DNA of 57,190 nucleotides from a virus. The stretch lies in IMG/VR virus record IMGVR_UViG_3300033183_000017, positions 1 to 57,190 of that record; one strand, 5' to 3'. The notes beneath the pieces are model-generated. The model saw only the letters and a list, made by a program, of their open reading frames with translations, did no database searches and had not been told where the DNA came from. Within the stretch, counting starts at the first letter, position 1, and each line of letters opens with the position of its first letter. The translations under genes and the position numbers were made by a program. Shown here in pieces: positions 9,560 through 17,505 of the stretch.

Positions 9560-10072
9560 CTATATGTATACACAGTTCACCACTGCTCTATACTTTGCGT
9601 TACTGCATGTGGTACCTGTGTGTTTCTCCATCGCATCGAATAGCACTAGCCTGTTAGATACAGACTCAACCTTCTCACCTGTCTCAAACTTGGTGTAACC
9701 ATCGTTGTCGTTAAGATAGAATAGTGAAGACTTAATCTTAACATCAGGTGGTACGTACAGAGAATCAGTGTGCCACCCGTTCTCAACTACATCAGATGTT
9801 CGATGCGTTATGTTTATCTTTAGACGCAGCATAACCCAAGGGTCTATTACACTTAGTATAGGCTGTAGTATCTGTACAGATGTAGGCTGCTGAACGTAAC
9901 CGTGTGCAACAATAGGATGTACAAACTGAAAGCTGTCTAGCTGATCCTCTTCTTGATCTTCAATCACTTCGTTTGAGATGAAGTAAGGTACCTCTGACTC
10001 GGAGTTTAGGAAGTGATGCTGTATGAATGCGAAGTCCGTTTCGTTGATCGCGTTATCAATTACCTTTACCAT
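9560..10072 (-). CDS. 2OG-Fe(II) oxygenase-like protein
   Basis: H-x-D (GWHTDS) and a distal His (MEKHTG) in a ~170 aa protein. The start is set at ATG 10072 (MVKVIDN), which overlaps the upstream gene end. The open frame extends to 10096. Confidence 0.55.
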   Translation of the reverse strand: MVKVIDNAINETDFAFIQHHFLNSESEVPYFISNEVIEDQEEDQLDSFQFVHPIVAHGYVQQPTSVQILQPILSVIDPWVMLRLKINITHRTSDVVENGWHTDSLYVPPDVKIKSSLFYLNDNDGYTKFETGEKVESVSNRLVLFDAMEKHTGTTCSNAKYRAVVNCVYI

Positions 10073-10379
10073 TTGCCTTTGCCCTTTCTGCTGCACGTTG
10101 ACGTTCCTCTTGAGTGAACGGCAGGATATGCTTTGTCTTGTAGTCTACCACTACCCCAGTGTTCCAACGTGAAGCTTCCTCTTCTGCTTTAGCTTTGTTG
10201 TTGAACAGCTTAGGCTTGGGATGATTCAAAAACCCGGATGTATTCTCAGGTACGTACATCCAGTCACCATCCACGTCAATCATTACTGCATACTGTGTCA
10301 TTGGTTTCTCCATCATGTTTGCTCTGTCAATGAACCACTCATCAGGTAGTGGCTTGCGTCCCTCTGGTAGCTTACTCAT
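10056..10379 (-). CDS. hypothetical protein
   Basis: Start ATG 10379 is preceded by AAGGAG and overlaps the upstream stop. The track ORF extends to 10397. Confidence 0.55.
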   Translation of the reverse strand: MSKLPEGRKPLPDEWFIDRANMMEKPMTQYAVMIDVDGDWMYVPENTSGFLNHPKPKLFNNKAKAEEEASRWNTGVVVDYKTKHILPFTQEERQRAAERAKANGKGN

Positions 10380-10539
10380 TCTGTTCTCCTTCTGCATCCT
10401 CTACAGCCTTAACGAACAACATCTGTAGGCCATACTCGAATATCTTTCTGTAGGATTCCTGTAGCATTTCTACCTCTACAGTAGCAGAACCATCTTCATG
10501 CTCTGTAATCTTGTTTATGTGGATCATGTCACTCTTCAT
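10372..10539 (-). CDS. hypothetical protein (55 aa)
   Basis: Start ATG 10539 (MKSDMIHINK) is preceded by GGAGGAG. The track ORF extends to 10611. Confidence 0.5.
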   Translation of the reverse strand: MKSDMIHINKITEHEDGSATVEVEMLQESYRKIFEYGLQMLFVKAVEDAEGEQNE

Positions 10540-10837
10540 TTCTATCTCCTCCGCACATTGGGCAGGGATTAATCCCCTTAATCTCCGCATAACCAACACC
10601 ATAGTCGTCATGCTTTACCTCTATGATGTCGTGGTTATTCAAGAGCCTGCCCATATCATTTCGCACTTTAGCGATAATCCAGTTTATATCTTCAGGCGTT
10701 TCGCCCCATAATTCTACAGGGCTAAATCCCCATGCGTCCCCTACTTCTTCTGTAGCAGGGTAAAACTCATGCACAGCGTAGTATGCTTCGCCTTTGGGGT
10801 AGATGTGCTTGATTAGTCGGTAATGCCATGTGCTCAT
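10529..10837 (-). CDS. hypothetical protein with C-terminal CPMCGG motif
   Basis: Start ATG 10837 (MSTWHYRL) forms an ATGA overlap with the thyX stop. The track ORF extends to 10864. Confidence 0.55.
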   Translation of the reverse strand: MSTWHYRLIKHIYPKGEAYYAVHEFYPATEEVGDAWGFSPVELWGETPEDINWIIAKVRNDMGRLLNNHDIIEVKHDDYGVGYAEIKGINPCPMCGGDRNEE

Positions 10838-11502
10838 TCTGCGTACATCCGTAATGCTTCCCAAGATACAGGGAATAGGTTCATCATCTGGTCTTCTACT
10901 AATTCAGCTACCTCACGTGTCTCTGCTTGTGTGTCAGGCTTACAGCGTAGGTGGCACATATCAGCAAACGCATCAAGCGATCCAGACCAGTACCACTCAG
11001 TCATCATAGACTGTGGCAATACCATACGTGCTTGTTCTGGGCAGACTCCAAGTTCAAGCATCTTCTGGTATGCTTCTAGCGCAATAGACTGAGAATCTTC
11101 AGGCCAAGAATTATAACCATCATCACCATCATACCACGCAACATTGATTGCAACTTCGGCATCAGACCCCTGCTTCTTGTCAGCACTACGCCCCCGCCAT
11201 ACAGGTGGTGTGTAGAACTCTGGTTCTTCATCTACATAACGGCGGCTGATCTCATTCCAACGTAGGAACTTATGTTTCACTAACTGCCGTGCCACAAAGA
11301 CTGGAGCGCGTACATGAAAAGAAGCAAAGCAATGCCCAAAAGGAGAAGTATGCCGATACCTTGCAAGGTAACGAATAAGTCTGCTATCTTTCTGAACATC
11401 GAAGCTCTCCTGTTTCTTACCAAACGATACACGGGCTGCGTTGACTACTGATAAGTCGCTGCCCATGTGGTTAATATATGTTACGTCAATCATCTGCCGC
11501 AA
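10834..11502 (-). CDS. thyX: flavin-dependent thymidylate synthase ThyX homolog (variant KHK motif)
   Basis: GSDLSVVNAARVSF and LIRYL..RHTSPFGH..FHVRAPVFVARQLVKHKFLRWNEISRRY align closely with canonical ThyX (..[28 protein letters not shown]). Confidence 0.85.
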   Translation of the reverse strand: MRQMIDVTYINHMGSDLSVVNAARVSFGKKQESFDVQKDSRLIRYLARYRHTSPFGHCFASFHVRAPVFVARQLVKHKFLRWNEISRRYVDEEPEFYTPPVWRGRSADKKQGSDAEVAINVAWYDGDDGYNSWPEDSQSIALEAYQKMLELGVCPEQARMVLPQSMMTEWYWSGSLDAFADMCHLRCKPDTQAETREVAELVEDQMMNLFPVSWEALRMYAE

Positions 11503-12290
11503 AGCTCCTGTAAGTTTTCCATATCCTCTGGCATACGGTATTTAATATCATCAGACAAACTCAGGGCTAAAGCTTGTTTGCCTGTCCACAGTTCTATCTC
11601 TCTGCGGTATTCAATCGTCTTGCCTGTAGCGTCAGGGTCAAGAGCAATAACTGATCGGTTAAAGTCACCAATCCTAGCGAAGTGTTTATGATTCATGGTG
11701 GTACCAAGGATAGCCATGCATGTCACGTTGGATAACTCTTGGTGTGCAACGATAGCAGACACAACATCCTCAACAATCAGCATCACATCACCGTTACCTA
11801 TAGTGTAGTAGTCAGCAGCACCAGTGTAGCGGTACCACTTGGGATGTTTCTTTTTACCTACTGCTCTACCAATAGCATCAATCATGGAACCCTTCTTGTT
11901 GTAGATAGGGAAGACGACACGCTCTTGCTGTACATCGTAGTAGGTACCACCGACGATACCCCAACGGCGCATGAACCTGTTGTGCTTGGTGTGTTGTGGC
12001 GTAGGTATAACTAACTGGGCGGGTAGCTCCATAGTCTCTGCCTCTTTAGGTTTGTTGTCGTTAGCAGCAGGGCGCATATGTCTACGTATCTCAGCAGCAG
12101 TCATGTCTGTATCGAACATACCACCCACATCGCAGCCTAGCTTGTAACAGTTATATTTCAGTTGACCTAATTCGCAAGTAGCAGAGAAAGTATTTTTTCC
12201 CTTACAGAAGGGGCAGTCTCCACGGTATGGACCGTTAGCTGATACAGACTCAGCGTACTCTCTGTGTAGTTTCCAGTTACTCTTCTTCAT
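11490..12290 (-). CDS. DNA primase (zinc finger + TOPRIM)
   Basis: The N-terminal CPFCKG..C..LGC zinc-binding motif and the TOPRIM acidic motifs IVEDVVSA and ALDPDATG. Confidence 0.85.
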   Translation of the reverse strand: MKKSNWKLHREYAESVSANGPYRGDCPFCKGKNTFSATCELGQLKYNCYKLGCDVGGMFDTDMTAAEIRRHMRPAANDNKPKEAETMELPAQLVIPTPQHTKHNRFMRRWGIVGGTYYDVQQERVVFPIYNKKGSMIDAIGRAVGKKKHPKWYRYTGAADYYTIGNGDVMLIVEDVVSAIVAHQELSNVTCMAILGTTMNHKHFARIGDFNRSVIALDPDATGKTIEYRREIELWTGKQALALSLSDDIKYRMPEDMENLQELCGR

Positions 12291-13188
12291 CGTTTCCTCT
12301 CGCTGCTAGTGCTTTAGTTGCACCGCTTAATGTGTTGACCATGTAGGGTTTTACTGACTGGATGTTCTTGTGTCCTGTCACCTGCATGATGTTAGCTAAG
12401 TCAACGCCACCTTCCATCATCTCAGTCACAGCAGTACGGCGTAAGTCCATGGCTGTAAGTTCATGTGGTAGATTAGCTTCGTCTAGTACCTCGTTGATAA
12501 GAGGTGATATTTCCTGTTTGTCATAAGGTGTATACGCACCCGCGCGTGGTCTAACACGGGGTGCTACGTAGTCTTGAAAGCCAAAGTCTTCCTTCTGTTG
12601 ACGCAGCATCTTGCACAACCCCGAAGAGATCGGCAAATGTACTTCAGCGTTGCGCTTTGATTGAGTTAGATCAAGTTGGCAAACATCCAAATCCAACCTG
12701 TCCCACTTAAGTACACGCATATCACCGATGCGTTGCGCCCAGTCATATGCCATGTGTACAATCAATCCGATGCTGCGCCAACGGAAGTCACTGTAAGCAG
12801 TCTCAAGGAATGTCGTGACATGTTCACGTTCCCACACAGTACGGCGCGGTTGGGAGGTAACCGTTTGTACAAGTGCAACCGGGTTGTGAATCATCACGTC
12901 ATGGCGCATCGCGTTTTTCCATGCGGCTGACAGCACGGACTTGCGATAGTTGGCAGTGCGATTACCGATAGTAAGCCACTGCTCATACGCTTGCGTCAGG
13001 TGACGCACCTTGAGATTCTTACAGCGATAATCCCCTAAGTCTTTGCCCTCAACCTTAGTGTCGAGTACTTCGTTTAGGTGAGACTCGTAGTCTTTCTGGC
13101 TTTGTGCGCTTAGTCTACGATATGCGGGGGAAAGGAAATAAAACCCGACGATCTCCGAAAGTTTGGCATTGGCCTTGGGGATATTCAT
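12277..13188 (-). CDS. int: tyrosine recombinase/integrase
   Basis: Catalytic-domain pattern ..AQRIGDM.., ..MDLRRTAVTE.., ..VTGHKNIQSVKPY. Start ATG 13188 is preceded by AAGGAGA. The track ORF extends to 13248. Confidence 0.8.
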   Translation of the reverse strand: MNIPKANAKLSEIVGFYFLSPAYRRLSAQSQKDYESHLNEVLDTKVEGKDLGDYRCKNLKVRHLTQAYEQWLTIGNRTANYRKSVLSAAWKNAMRHDVMIHNPVALVQTVTSQPRRTVWEREHVTTFLETAYSDFRWRSIGLIVHMAYDWAQRIGDMRVLKWDRLDLDVCQLDLTQSKRNAEVHLPISSGLCKMLRQQKEDFGFQDYVAPRVRPRAGAYTPYDKQEISPLINEVLDEANLPHELTAMDLRRTAVTEMMEGGVDLANIMQVTGHKNIQSVKPYMVNTLSGATKALAARGNDEEE

Positions 13189-13189
13189 G

Positions 13190-13453
13190 TTACCACTGTC
13201 TCCTTGTTTTCCAGTAGGACCAACACATATTGCAGTGGTCCCTACCAAATATTAAATCTATAAGCCATACGATGTTAGGCTTACTCTTCCTCTTCCACTC
13301 CCAGTTTCTTGCTGAGAATGTCTGGTTTAGACTGCCGCCTAGAATCACGTTTGTCAAGACGCTTAGTGCTATCGCTACTCGTCTTAGGTAGTTTCCCAAT
13401 CCAGTGCGTAACATCATCATGTACATCATCTCTTTCTGGCATGTCGGTACCAC
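13190..13453 (-). CDS. small membrane protein (87 aa)
   Basis: Hydrophobic segment VAIALSVLTNVILGG and a C-terminal HCNMCWSYW. Track ORF with a GTG start. Confidence 0.5.
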   Translation of the reverse strand: MVPTCQKEMMYMMMLRTGLGNYLRRVAIALSVLTNVILGGSLNQTFSARNWEWKRKSKPNIVWLIDLIFGRDHCNMCWSYWKTRRQW

Positions 13454-13470
13454 AAGTATAAAGCTCCTAC

Positions 13471-13506
13471 AAAATAAACACCTGCCAAAGTAAGTGGCAG
13501 TAGGTG
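13471..13506 (-). terminator. rho-independent terminator candidate on the minus strand
   Basis: Stem CTGCCA/TGGCAG (13482..13487 with 13495..13500) has flanking CACC/GGTG. In minus sense it is followed by TTTATTTTG. Confidence 0.45.
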
Positions 13507-13508
13507 CT

Positions 13509-13631
13509 TTAGAACATCGGATACCATACTTCGCCTCTGTCTATTGCTTCCTTAACTGGGACAGCCTCACGCTCTAGTCGCTTGCCTGTCTCGTTGTCAC
13601 CCTTCCAGTATGCATCATCAGCACACTTCAT
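13509..13631 (-). CDS. possible mini-ORF (40 aa)
   Basis: Own translation MKCADDAYWKGDNETGKRLEREAVPVKEAIDRGEVWYPMF. It has no clear SD. Confidence 0.3.
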   Translation of the reverse strand: MKCADDAYWKGDNETGKRLEREAVPVKEAIDRGEVWYPMF

Positions 13632-13638
13632 TAACCAG

Positions 13639-13839
13639 TCATAATGCTTCTGACTTGGTACCACTCTCTGGTCCTGACTTGCATACATAACTTACTATCT
13701 CCGTTCTAGCACGTGAAAACTTTGTGGTTTGATCTGACTGTCGTACTGCCATCTTGTAACTGTCGGCGGTGTGATAAGCAAAGAGCTTACCACTTTTGTT
13801 GTCGTAATAGTTTACCCTATACTTTATGATGTCTGCCAT
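13639..13839 (-). CDS. hypothetical protein (66 aa)
   Basis: Track ORF whose start shares a base with the upstream stop. Confidence 0.5.
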   Translation of the reverse strand: MADIIKYRVNYYDNKSGKLFAYHTADSYKMAVRQSDQTTKFSRARTEIVSYVCKSGPESGTKSEAL

Positions 13840-14222
13840 TAGTCCATCCGGGATATGAAGTAGCCATCCGTAGTAGGAATAGCGATCATGGCATAGGGGT
13901 AGATCAATACGACACCACCGTTGCTTAGTTGAACCTGACCGTATGGCTTGAGTGGTTCGTCTTCCTCGTAGGGTGACAGGTACTCTTGCGTATCAGGATC
14001 AACTGCACCCTTGAACTCGAAGAGATTACCGAAGCCGTAGCGTTCAGTCATATACTCTAGCAGAGTGAAAGGGTACGCAGGGTTACGGCGCTTGAGAATG
14101 TCCCACTCCATAACCCAGAAGGGTAGTAGGCCGCAAGCTTCTTGCAGCCATGACACATCAGTGTCGGGATAGTCTTTGGTGTTCGGTTTGAACTTAGGTT
14201 CTAGCAGTGCCATGTTATTCAT
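13839..14222 (-). CDS. hypothetical protein (127 aa)
   Basis: Track ORF, overlap-coupled in the operon. Confidence 0.55.
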   Translation of the reverse strand: MNNMALLEPKFKPNTKDYPDTDVSWLQEACGLLPFWVMEWDILKRRNPAYPFTLLEYMTERYGFGNLFEFKGAVDPDTQEYLSPYEEDEPLKPYGQVQLSNGGVVLIYPYAMIAIPTTDGYFISRMD

Positions 14223-14454
14223 CCTTTGCTACCACCCACAGGCGGCGTGTGTGTTGGTCGATCTTACGTGTTGTGATCTTAATGTTCATCTTCTTTGCGT
14301 AGTTGAAGAAGCTAGGCAGTGACTTGCGTGAGATAGCTACGCTGTCACCTACATTCATGCGGTTAAGTAGTTTGTCGTAACCCTTTGAAGGTGCGCCTAT
14401 TTTCTTACCTGCGTTTGAAGGTACTGGGATGTGTGATTCAATCATGTAAGCCAT
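14215..14454 (-). CDS. hypothetical protein (79 aa)
   Basis: Track ORF, overlap-coupled. Confidence 0.5.
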   Translation of the reverse strand: MAYMIESHIPVPSNAGKKIGAPSKGYDKLLNRMNVGDSVAISRKSLPSFFNYAKKMNIKITTRKIDQHTRRLWVVAKDE

Positions 14455-14762
14455 TATACTGTCTCCTCGTTTGATAGCTCAATTTTTACGTGATTACCGT
14501 GTGATGTTAGTGTTGCATTACCGTCTATGCATAGGCAGTAACCCTTAACAATTTCCTTTGTCAGTACGTGATAGCGTACGTAACGTTGACCTGTCACTGG
14601 GTGAGCTTTCATCTCACGTTTAAACTGAACTCCCCAGTCTTGTTCCAGATCGTTGATGCGGCGGGGTAGAGACATGATGTTGTACTCTACAATCGCTTCG
14701 CGGTTAGTGATGCTACCTGTTGTGTTCAGGTGCTTAAGGATAGTTTTAAGTTGTGGTTTCAT
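14454..14762 (-). CDS. winged-helix/HTH-like DNA-binding protein (putative regulator)
   Basis: LKHLNTTGSITNREAIVEYNIMSLPRRINDLE looks like an HTH. It is the first gene after an 80-nt gap that contains a promoter-like element. Confidence 0.45.
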   Translation of the reverse strand: MKPQLKTILKHLNTTGSITNREAIVEYNIMSLPRRINDLEQDWGVQFKREMKAHPVTGQRYVRYHVLTKEIVKGYCLCIDGNATLTSHGNHVKIELSNEETV

Positions 14763-14797
14763 CTTATGTCTCCTTTCTGATTTAATAAGATGTCGAA

Positions 14798-14826
14798 TAC
14801 TTATGTCGGTTTGATTTACGTATCAA
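14798..14826 (-). promoter_or_regulatory. weaker sigma70-like promoter candidate TTGATA-N17-TAAGTA (leftward)
   Basis: The reverse complement of 14821..14826 is TTGATA and of 14798..14803 is TAAGTA. It lies in the only intergenic gap of this part of the arm. Confidence 0.35.
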
Positions 14827-14842
14827 CCTTTTTATTTAGTAT

Positions 14843-15592
14843 TCAAGAAAGTGTTGCAGCTTCGCAACAGTTGAACTCATACACAGCACGGGCAAATCCA
14901 CGTGGCGTGGCTGAGCGAATGTCTTTGGTACGTTGTGACTTACCGCCTAGCTTTAGGTGTTGTGTGCTGTAGCCTGTGGGCTTGCACGTAGGTAGGCGGT
15001 GCGGCATACGGAAGTTGCCACCTGTCCAGAGGCATGTCTTTTTAGTGTATGCATCTTTAGGTGCGATGTAGTCAGGCCACCGTGGATGTTCTGCCTCTGC
15101 GTCAGGGATGTATTCGCCATACTCATATGGGTGGAACGTGTAGTTAGGCTTGCGCCACAGCGTGGATAGTCGGGACACTGGGTTCTCAATAAAGTATGGT
15201 ATCTCTAGTGCCTCGAACAGTGACGCACACCAACGTGCATGGTTGCTTGCTTTGATCTGAAACTCAGGGTCACGCTCTGCCTTACGCTTGAAGTGTGCAG
15301 CACCCGACACAGCTAGGTCTGTGCATACTGGAAATGCCATGCCGAATACCACGTTCTCATTCTTGAATGCTCTGCGTAGATGTTCGATGTTGTCGATGTC
15401 CCACAGGTCCATGTGTCTGTAGATTATGGAACCGCCACTCTCGTAGTGGTCTACATGAGAAGTGCCTTGTCCGTTTTGTCCTTTACCCTTGTGTTGTATG
15501 TCAAAGGCAAAGCTTTGATACCCTGCCTCTGCCCATGGCTTGAGTGCTTCGCCTGTGAAGTCATATAGTGATAGTACGATACCTTTAGTCAT
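14843..15592 (-). CDS. compact DNA (cytosine-5)-methyltransferase-like protein
   Basis: Order of motif-like segments: SLYDFTGE (I), FPVCTDLAVSG (IV, PC), FIENPVS (VI, ENV), SQRTKDIR / TPRGFARAV (VIII-X). At 249 aa there is little room for a target-recognition domain. Confidence 0.5.
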   Translation of the reverse strand: MTKGIVLSLYDFTGEALKPWAEAGYQSFAFDIQHKGKGQNGQGTSHVDHYESGGSIIYRHMDLWDIDNIEHLRRAFKNENVVFGMAFPVCTDLAVSGAAHFKRKAERDPEFQIKASNHARWCASLFEALEIPYFIENPVSRLSTLWRKPNYTFHPYEYGEYIPDAEAEHPRWPDYIAPKDAYTKKTCLWTGGNFRMPHRLPTCKPTGYSTQHLKLGGKSQRTKDIRSATPRGFARAVYEFNCCEAATLS

Positions 15593-15746
15593 AAGTTACC
15601 TCATTCTTTGGGACTGCAATACCTAGCAGTTCGCACAGTTCGTCATGTGTCTGCTGTCCTGAGCTAGACATGCGATCATATTCCCAACCCAAATCAGCGA
15701 CTAGTCGTAGTAGTTTGTCAATCTTTTCTTGTTGTACTTGTGCCAT
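15585..15746 (-). CDS. small hypothetical protein (53 aa)
   Basis: Own translation MAQVQQEKIDKLLRLVADLGWEYDRMSSSGQQTHDELCELLGIAVPKNEVTYD. It fills the gap between flanking genes with overlaps. Confidence 0.45.
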   Translation of the reverse strand: MAQVQQEKIDKLLRLVADLGWEYDRMSSSGQQTHDELCELLGIAVPKNEVTYD

Positions 15747-15749
15747 GTC

Positions 15750-16124
15750 TTATCCTTCCTGCGCAAACCAACGCTGCGCCTGTTCTGGTGTAATCTTGTA
15801 GCGGCGGTCAGTGCCTACCTCTTGCATGATGTAGGGATACTTGCGGTTCTTGGCGATGTATTCCACAAGTTCTACCACCTTGCCTTGCACATGCGCGGCC
15901 TTGTCTATGTCTAGCTTGAACATCTTAGCCATGATGCGCAGTTCTTTCTGTGCTGAACTCTCGGCCCCTTCAATCTGTAGCGTCAGCTTGAATGTCACCT
16001 CTGTGCTACCATATCGTGCATTGCCTACTGTGATGTTGAAATCTTTAAGCTTATCCGCACCTGCCAGTGCATCAGTTAGTTGTACTCGTAGTGCTTGTAC
16101 TTTTGTTTTAGTTAGTTCTTTCAT
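15750..16124 (-). CDS. hypothetical protein (124 aa)
   Basis: Track ORF with the SD GAAAGGAAAGAG upstream. Confidence 0.55.
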   Translation of the reverse strand: MKELTKTKVQALRVQLTDALAGADKLKDFNITVGNARYGSTEVTFKLTLQIEGAESSAQKELRIMAKMFKLDIDKAAHVQGKVVELVEYIAKNRKYPYIMQEVGTDRRYKITPEQAQRWFAQEG

Positions 16125-16136
16125 GTCTCTTTCCTT

Positions 16137-16313
16137 TCAGTCTTGGTAGTCGTCACCGAATAAGGTGCGCTTGGTGTATAGTTGTGAACATCCCGCTAAT
16201 AAAGCAAGGACTTCTATCGTAATGTTTGGATGTGTGTCATAATAGTCACGGATTTCATCGTCAGTCCATTGTCTGATGAATGGTTTGACTGTCGATGTTT
16301 GATAAAGTTTCAT
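16137..16313 (-). CDS. small hypothetical protein (58 aa) whose 5' end is tandemly duplicated
   Basis: Own translation MKLYQTSTVKPFIRQWTDDEIRDYYDTHPNITIEVLALLAGCSQLYTKRTLFGDDYQD. Confidence 0.45.
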   Translation of the reverse strand: MKLYQTSTVKPFIRQWTDDEIRDYYDTHPNITIEVLALLAGCSQLYTKRTLFGDDYQD

Positions 16314-16339
16314 ACTGTCGATGTTTGATAAAGTTTCAT
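16288..16339. repeat. perfect 26-bp tandem duplication (2 copies)
   Basis: ACTGTCGATGTTTGATAAAGTTTCAT occurs at 16288..16313 and again at 16314..16339. Confidence 0.95.
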
Positions 16340-16352
16340 GTCGTTTCCTTTC

Positions 16353-16946
16353 TTAATTGATGCCATGTTCTCTGCGCCATGTTGTCCATGTGATCGCTTG
16401 CAATTCATGCGGTTCAATACCCACGCGCTTAGCGGCACGGACATATGCAGCCTGTAATTCGCGGTATAGTCGTTTGCCGATGTTGGTTTGATCATCAGTC
16501 AAGTTGAAGCGTACACCCCGCGCGATGTTGAGTGCATGTCCGTCAATCGTCACCTCATCAAGGCCGCGAATGTTAGAGTAGAATGAGCGTGTTTTCTGTC
16601 CGTTCAGTCTGGTCAGTATGTCGTCATCGTCAATCAAGTTATCTTCAAGCATTGACCATGCCTTGAGCTTGTTGTTGCCATATGTGGATACCTTGAAGTC
16701 ATCAAGGTCACCGCCGTTGATCCATGCACGGCACATGTCTTGTGTGTTGCGTACGTTGATGTTCCACTTGTTGTTAGGTGACAGCGCAGCCATGACGCCA
16801 ATCACAGTGTTGATGTGTAGGCCAGTATCCTTGGCGATAATATATGAGATACGCTTAGCGCGGTCATACCATTCAACGCCATGCGCGGTGTCGTCAAGTG
16901 TTGCGCGGCGGTATACTTTTAGAATGTTGCGTACGTATTGTGTCAT
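16353..16946 (-). CDS. conserved-looking hypothetical protein (197 aa)
   Basis: Track ORF. The motif GVEWYDRA..VIGVMAALSPNNKW recalls a widespread phage family, which I cannot name with confidence. Confidence 0.6.
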   Translation of the reverse strand: MTQYVRNILKVYRRATLDDTAHGVEWYDRAKRISYIIAKDTGLHINTVIGVMAALSPNNKWNINVRNTQDMCRAWINGGDLDDFKVSTYGNNKLKAWSMLEDNLIDDDDILTRLNGQKTRSFYSNIRGLDEVTIDGHALNIARGVRFNLTDDQTNIGKRLYRELQAAYVRAAKRVGIEPHELQAITWTTWRREHGIN

Positions 16947-16950
16947 GGTG

Positions 16951-17085
16951 TTATACCTCTACCGTTCTGATTGTGCCACCACATTCGGCGGCGGTTTGTG
17001 ATGCGTCAAGGTGATTGTCATAATCAGCATATACGATATGCCTACCCTCATCCGCGTCATAGACTAGGACTAGATAAATTGTCAT
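16951..17085 (-). CDS. small hypothetical protein (44 aa)
   Basis: Own translation MTIYLVLVYDADEGRHIVYADYDNHLDASQTAAECGGTIRTVEV. Confidence 0.4.
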   Translation of the reverse strand: MTIYLVLVYDADEGRHIVYADYDNHLDASQTAAECGGTIRTVEV

Positions 17086-17089
17086 GTCA

Positions 17090-17260
17090 TTATTCCTTTT
17101 CAATTACTGTGACGTTCCATCCGTCAATCACTAGCATTTCGTTTTCGTCGTTGCACCAAGCTTTGAACCTGTCGTCAAAGCATGTGTTAGGGTCCACGTT
17201 TACGTCAAGCACATATGCGCCCGCGTCCAGTAGAATGTTTAGAGTGTAGTTATTTGGCAT
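17090..17260 (-). CDS. small hypothetical protein (56 aa)
   Basis: Own translation MPNNYTLNILLDAGAYVLDVNVDPNTCFDDRFKAWCNDENEMLVIDGWNVTVIEKE. Confidence 0.4.
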   Translation of the reverse strand: MPNNYTLNILLDAGAYVLDVNVDPNTCFDDRFKAWCNDENEMLVIDGWNVTVIEKE

Positions 17261-17263
17261 CAG

Positions 17264-17491
17264 TTATTGTCCATCCACTAGGTCAATCTTTCCGTCAGTT
17301 ACACGGACAACCATGGGTGCGCGTCCGTTCTCGTATGTGTCGGGGTCTAGGTCATACATGGTACCGTAGACATAAAAGCTGCATGTGTCGTCATGGTATT
17401 CCTCTTTGATTTCCGTGATGTCACGCAGCCCCTCTTTGGATGCTACTGTGATCGCTGTCATGCGTGCGAATGTGTATGTTAGTTTGTGCAT
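17264..17491 (-). CDS. hypothetical protein (75 aa)
   Basis: Start ATG 17491 (MHKLTYTF) is preceded by AAGGAAGGGGG. The track ORF extends to 17524. Confidence 0.5.
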   Translation of the reverse strand: MHKLTYTFARMTAITVASKEGLRDITEIKEEYHDDTCSFYVYGTMYDLDPDTYENGRAPMVVRVTDGKIDLVDGQ

Positions 17492-17505
17492 GATCGCCCC
17501 CTTCC

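Noticed and set aside
16310-16495. Track ORF 16310..16495 (-), 61 aa
   Set aside because: It runs out of frame across the 3' end of the well-supported 197-aa gene. Only its last 9 codons (MKLYQTSTV) matter, as the mini-ORF created by the 26-bp duplication.
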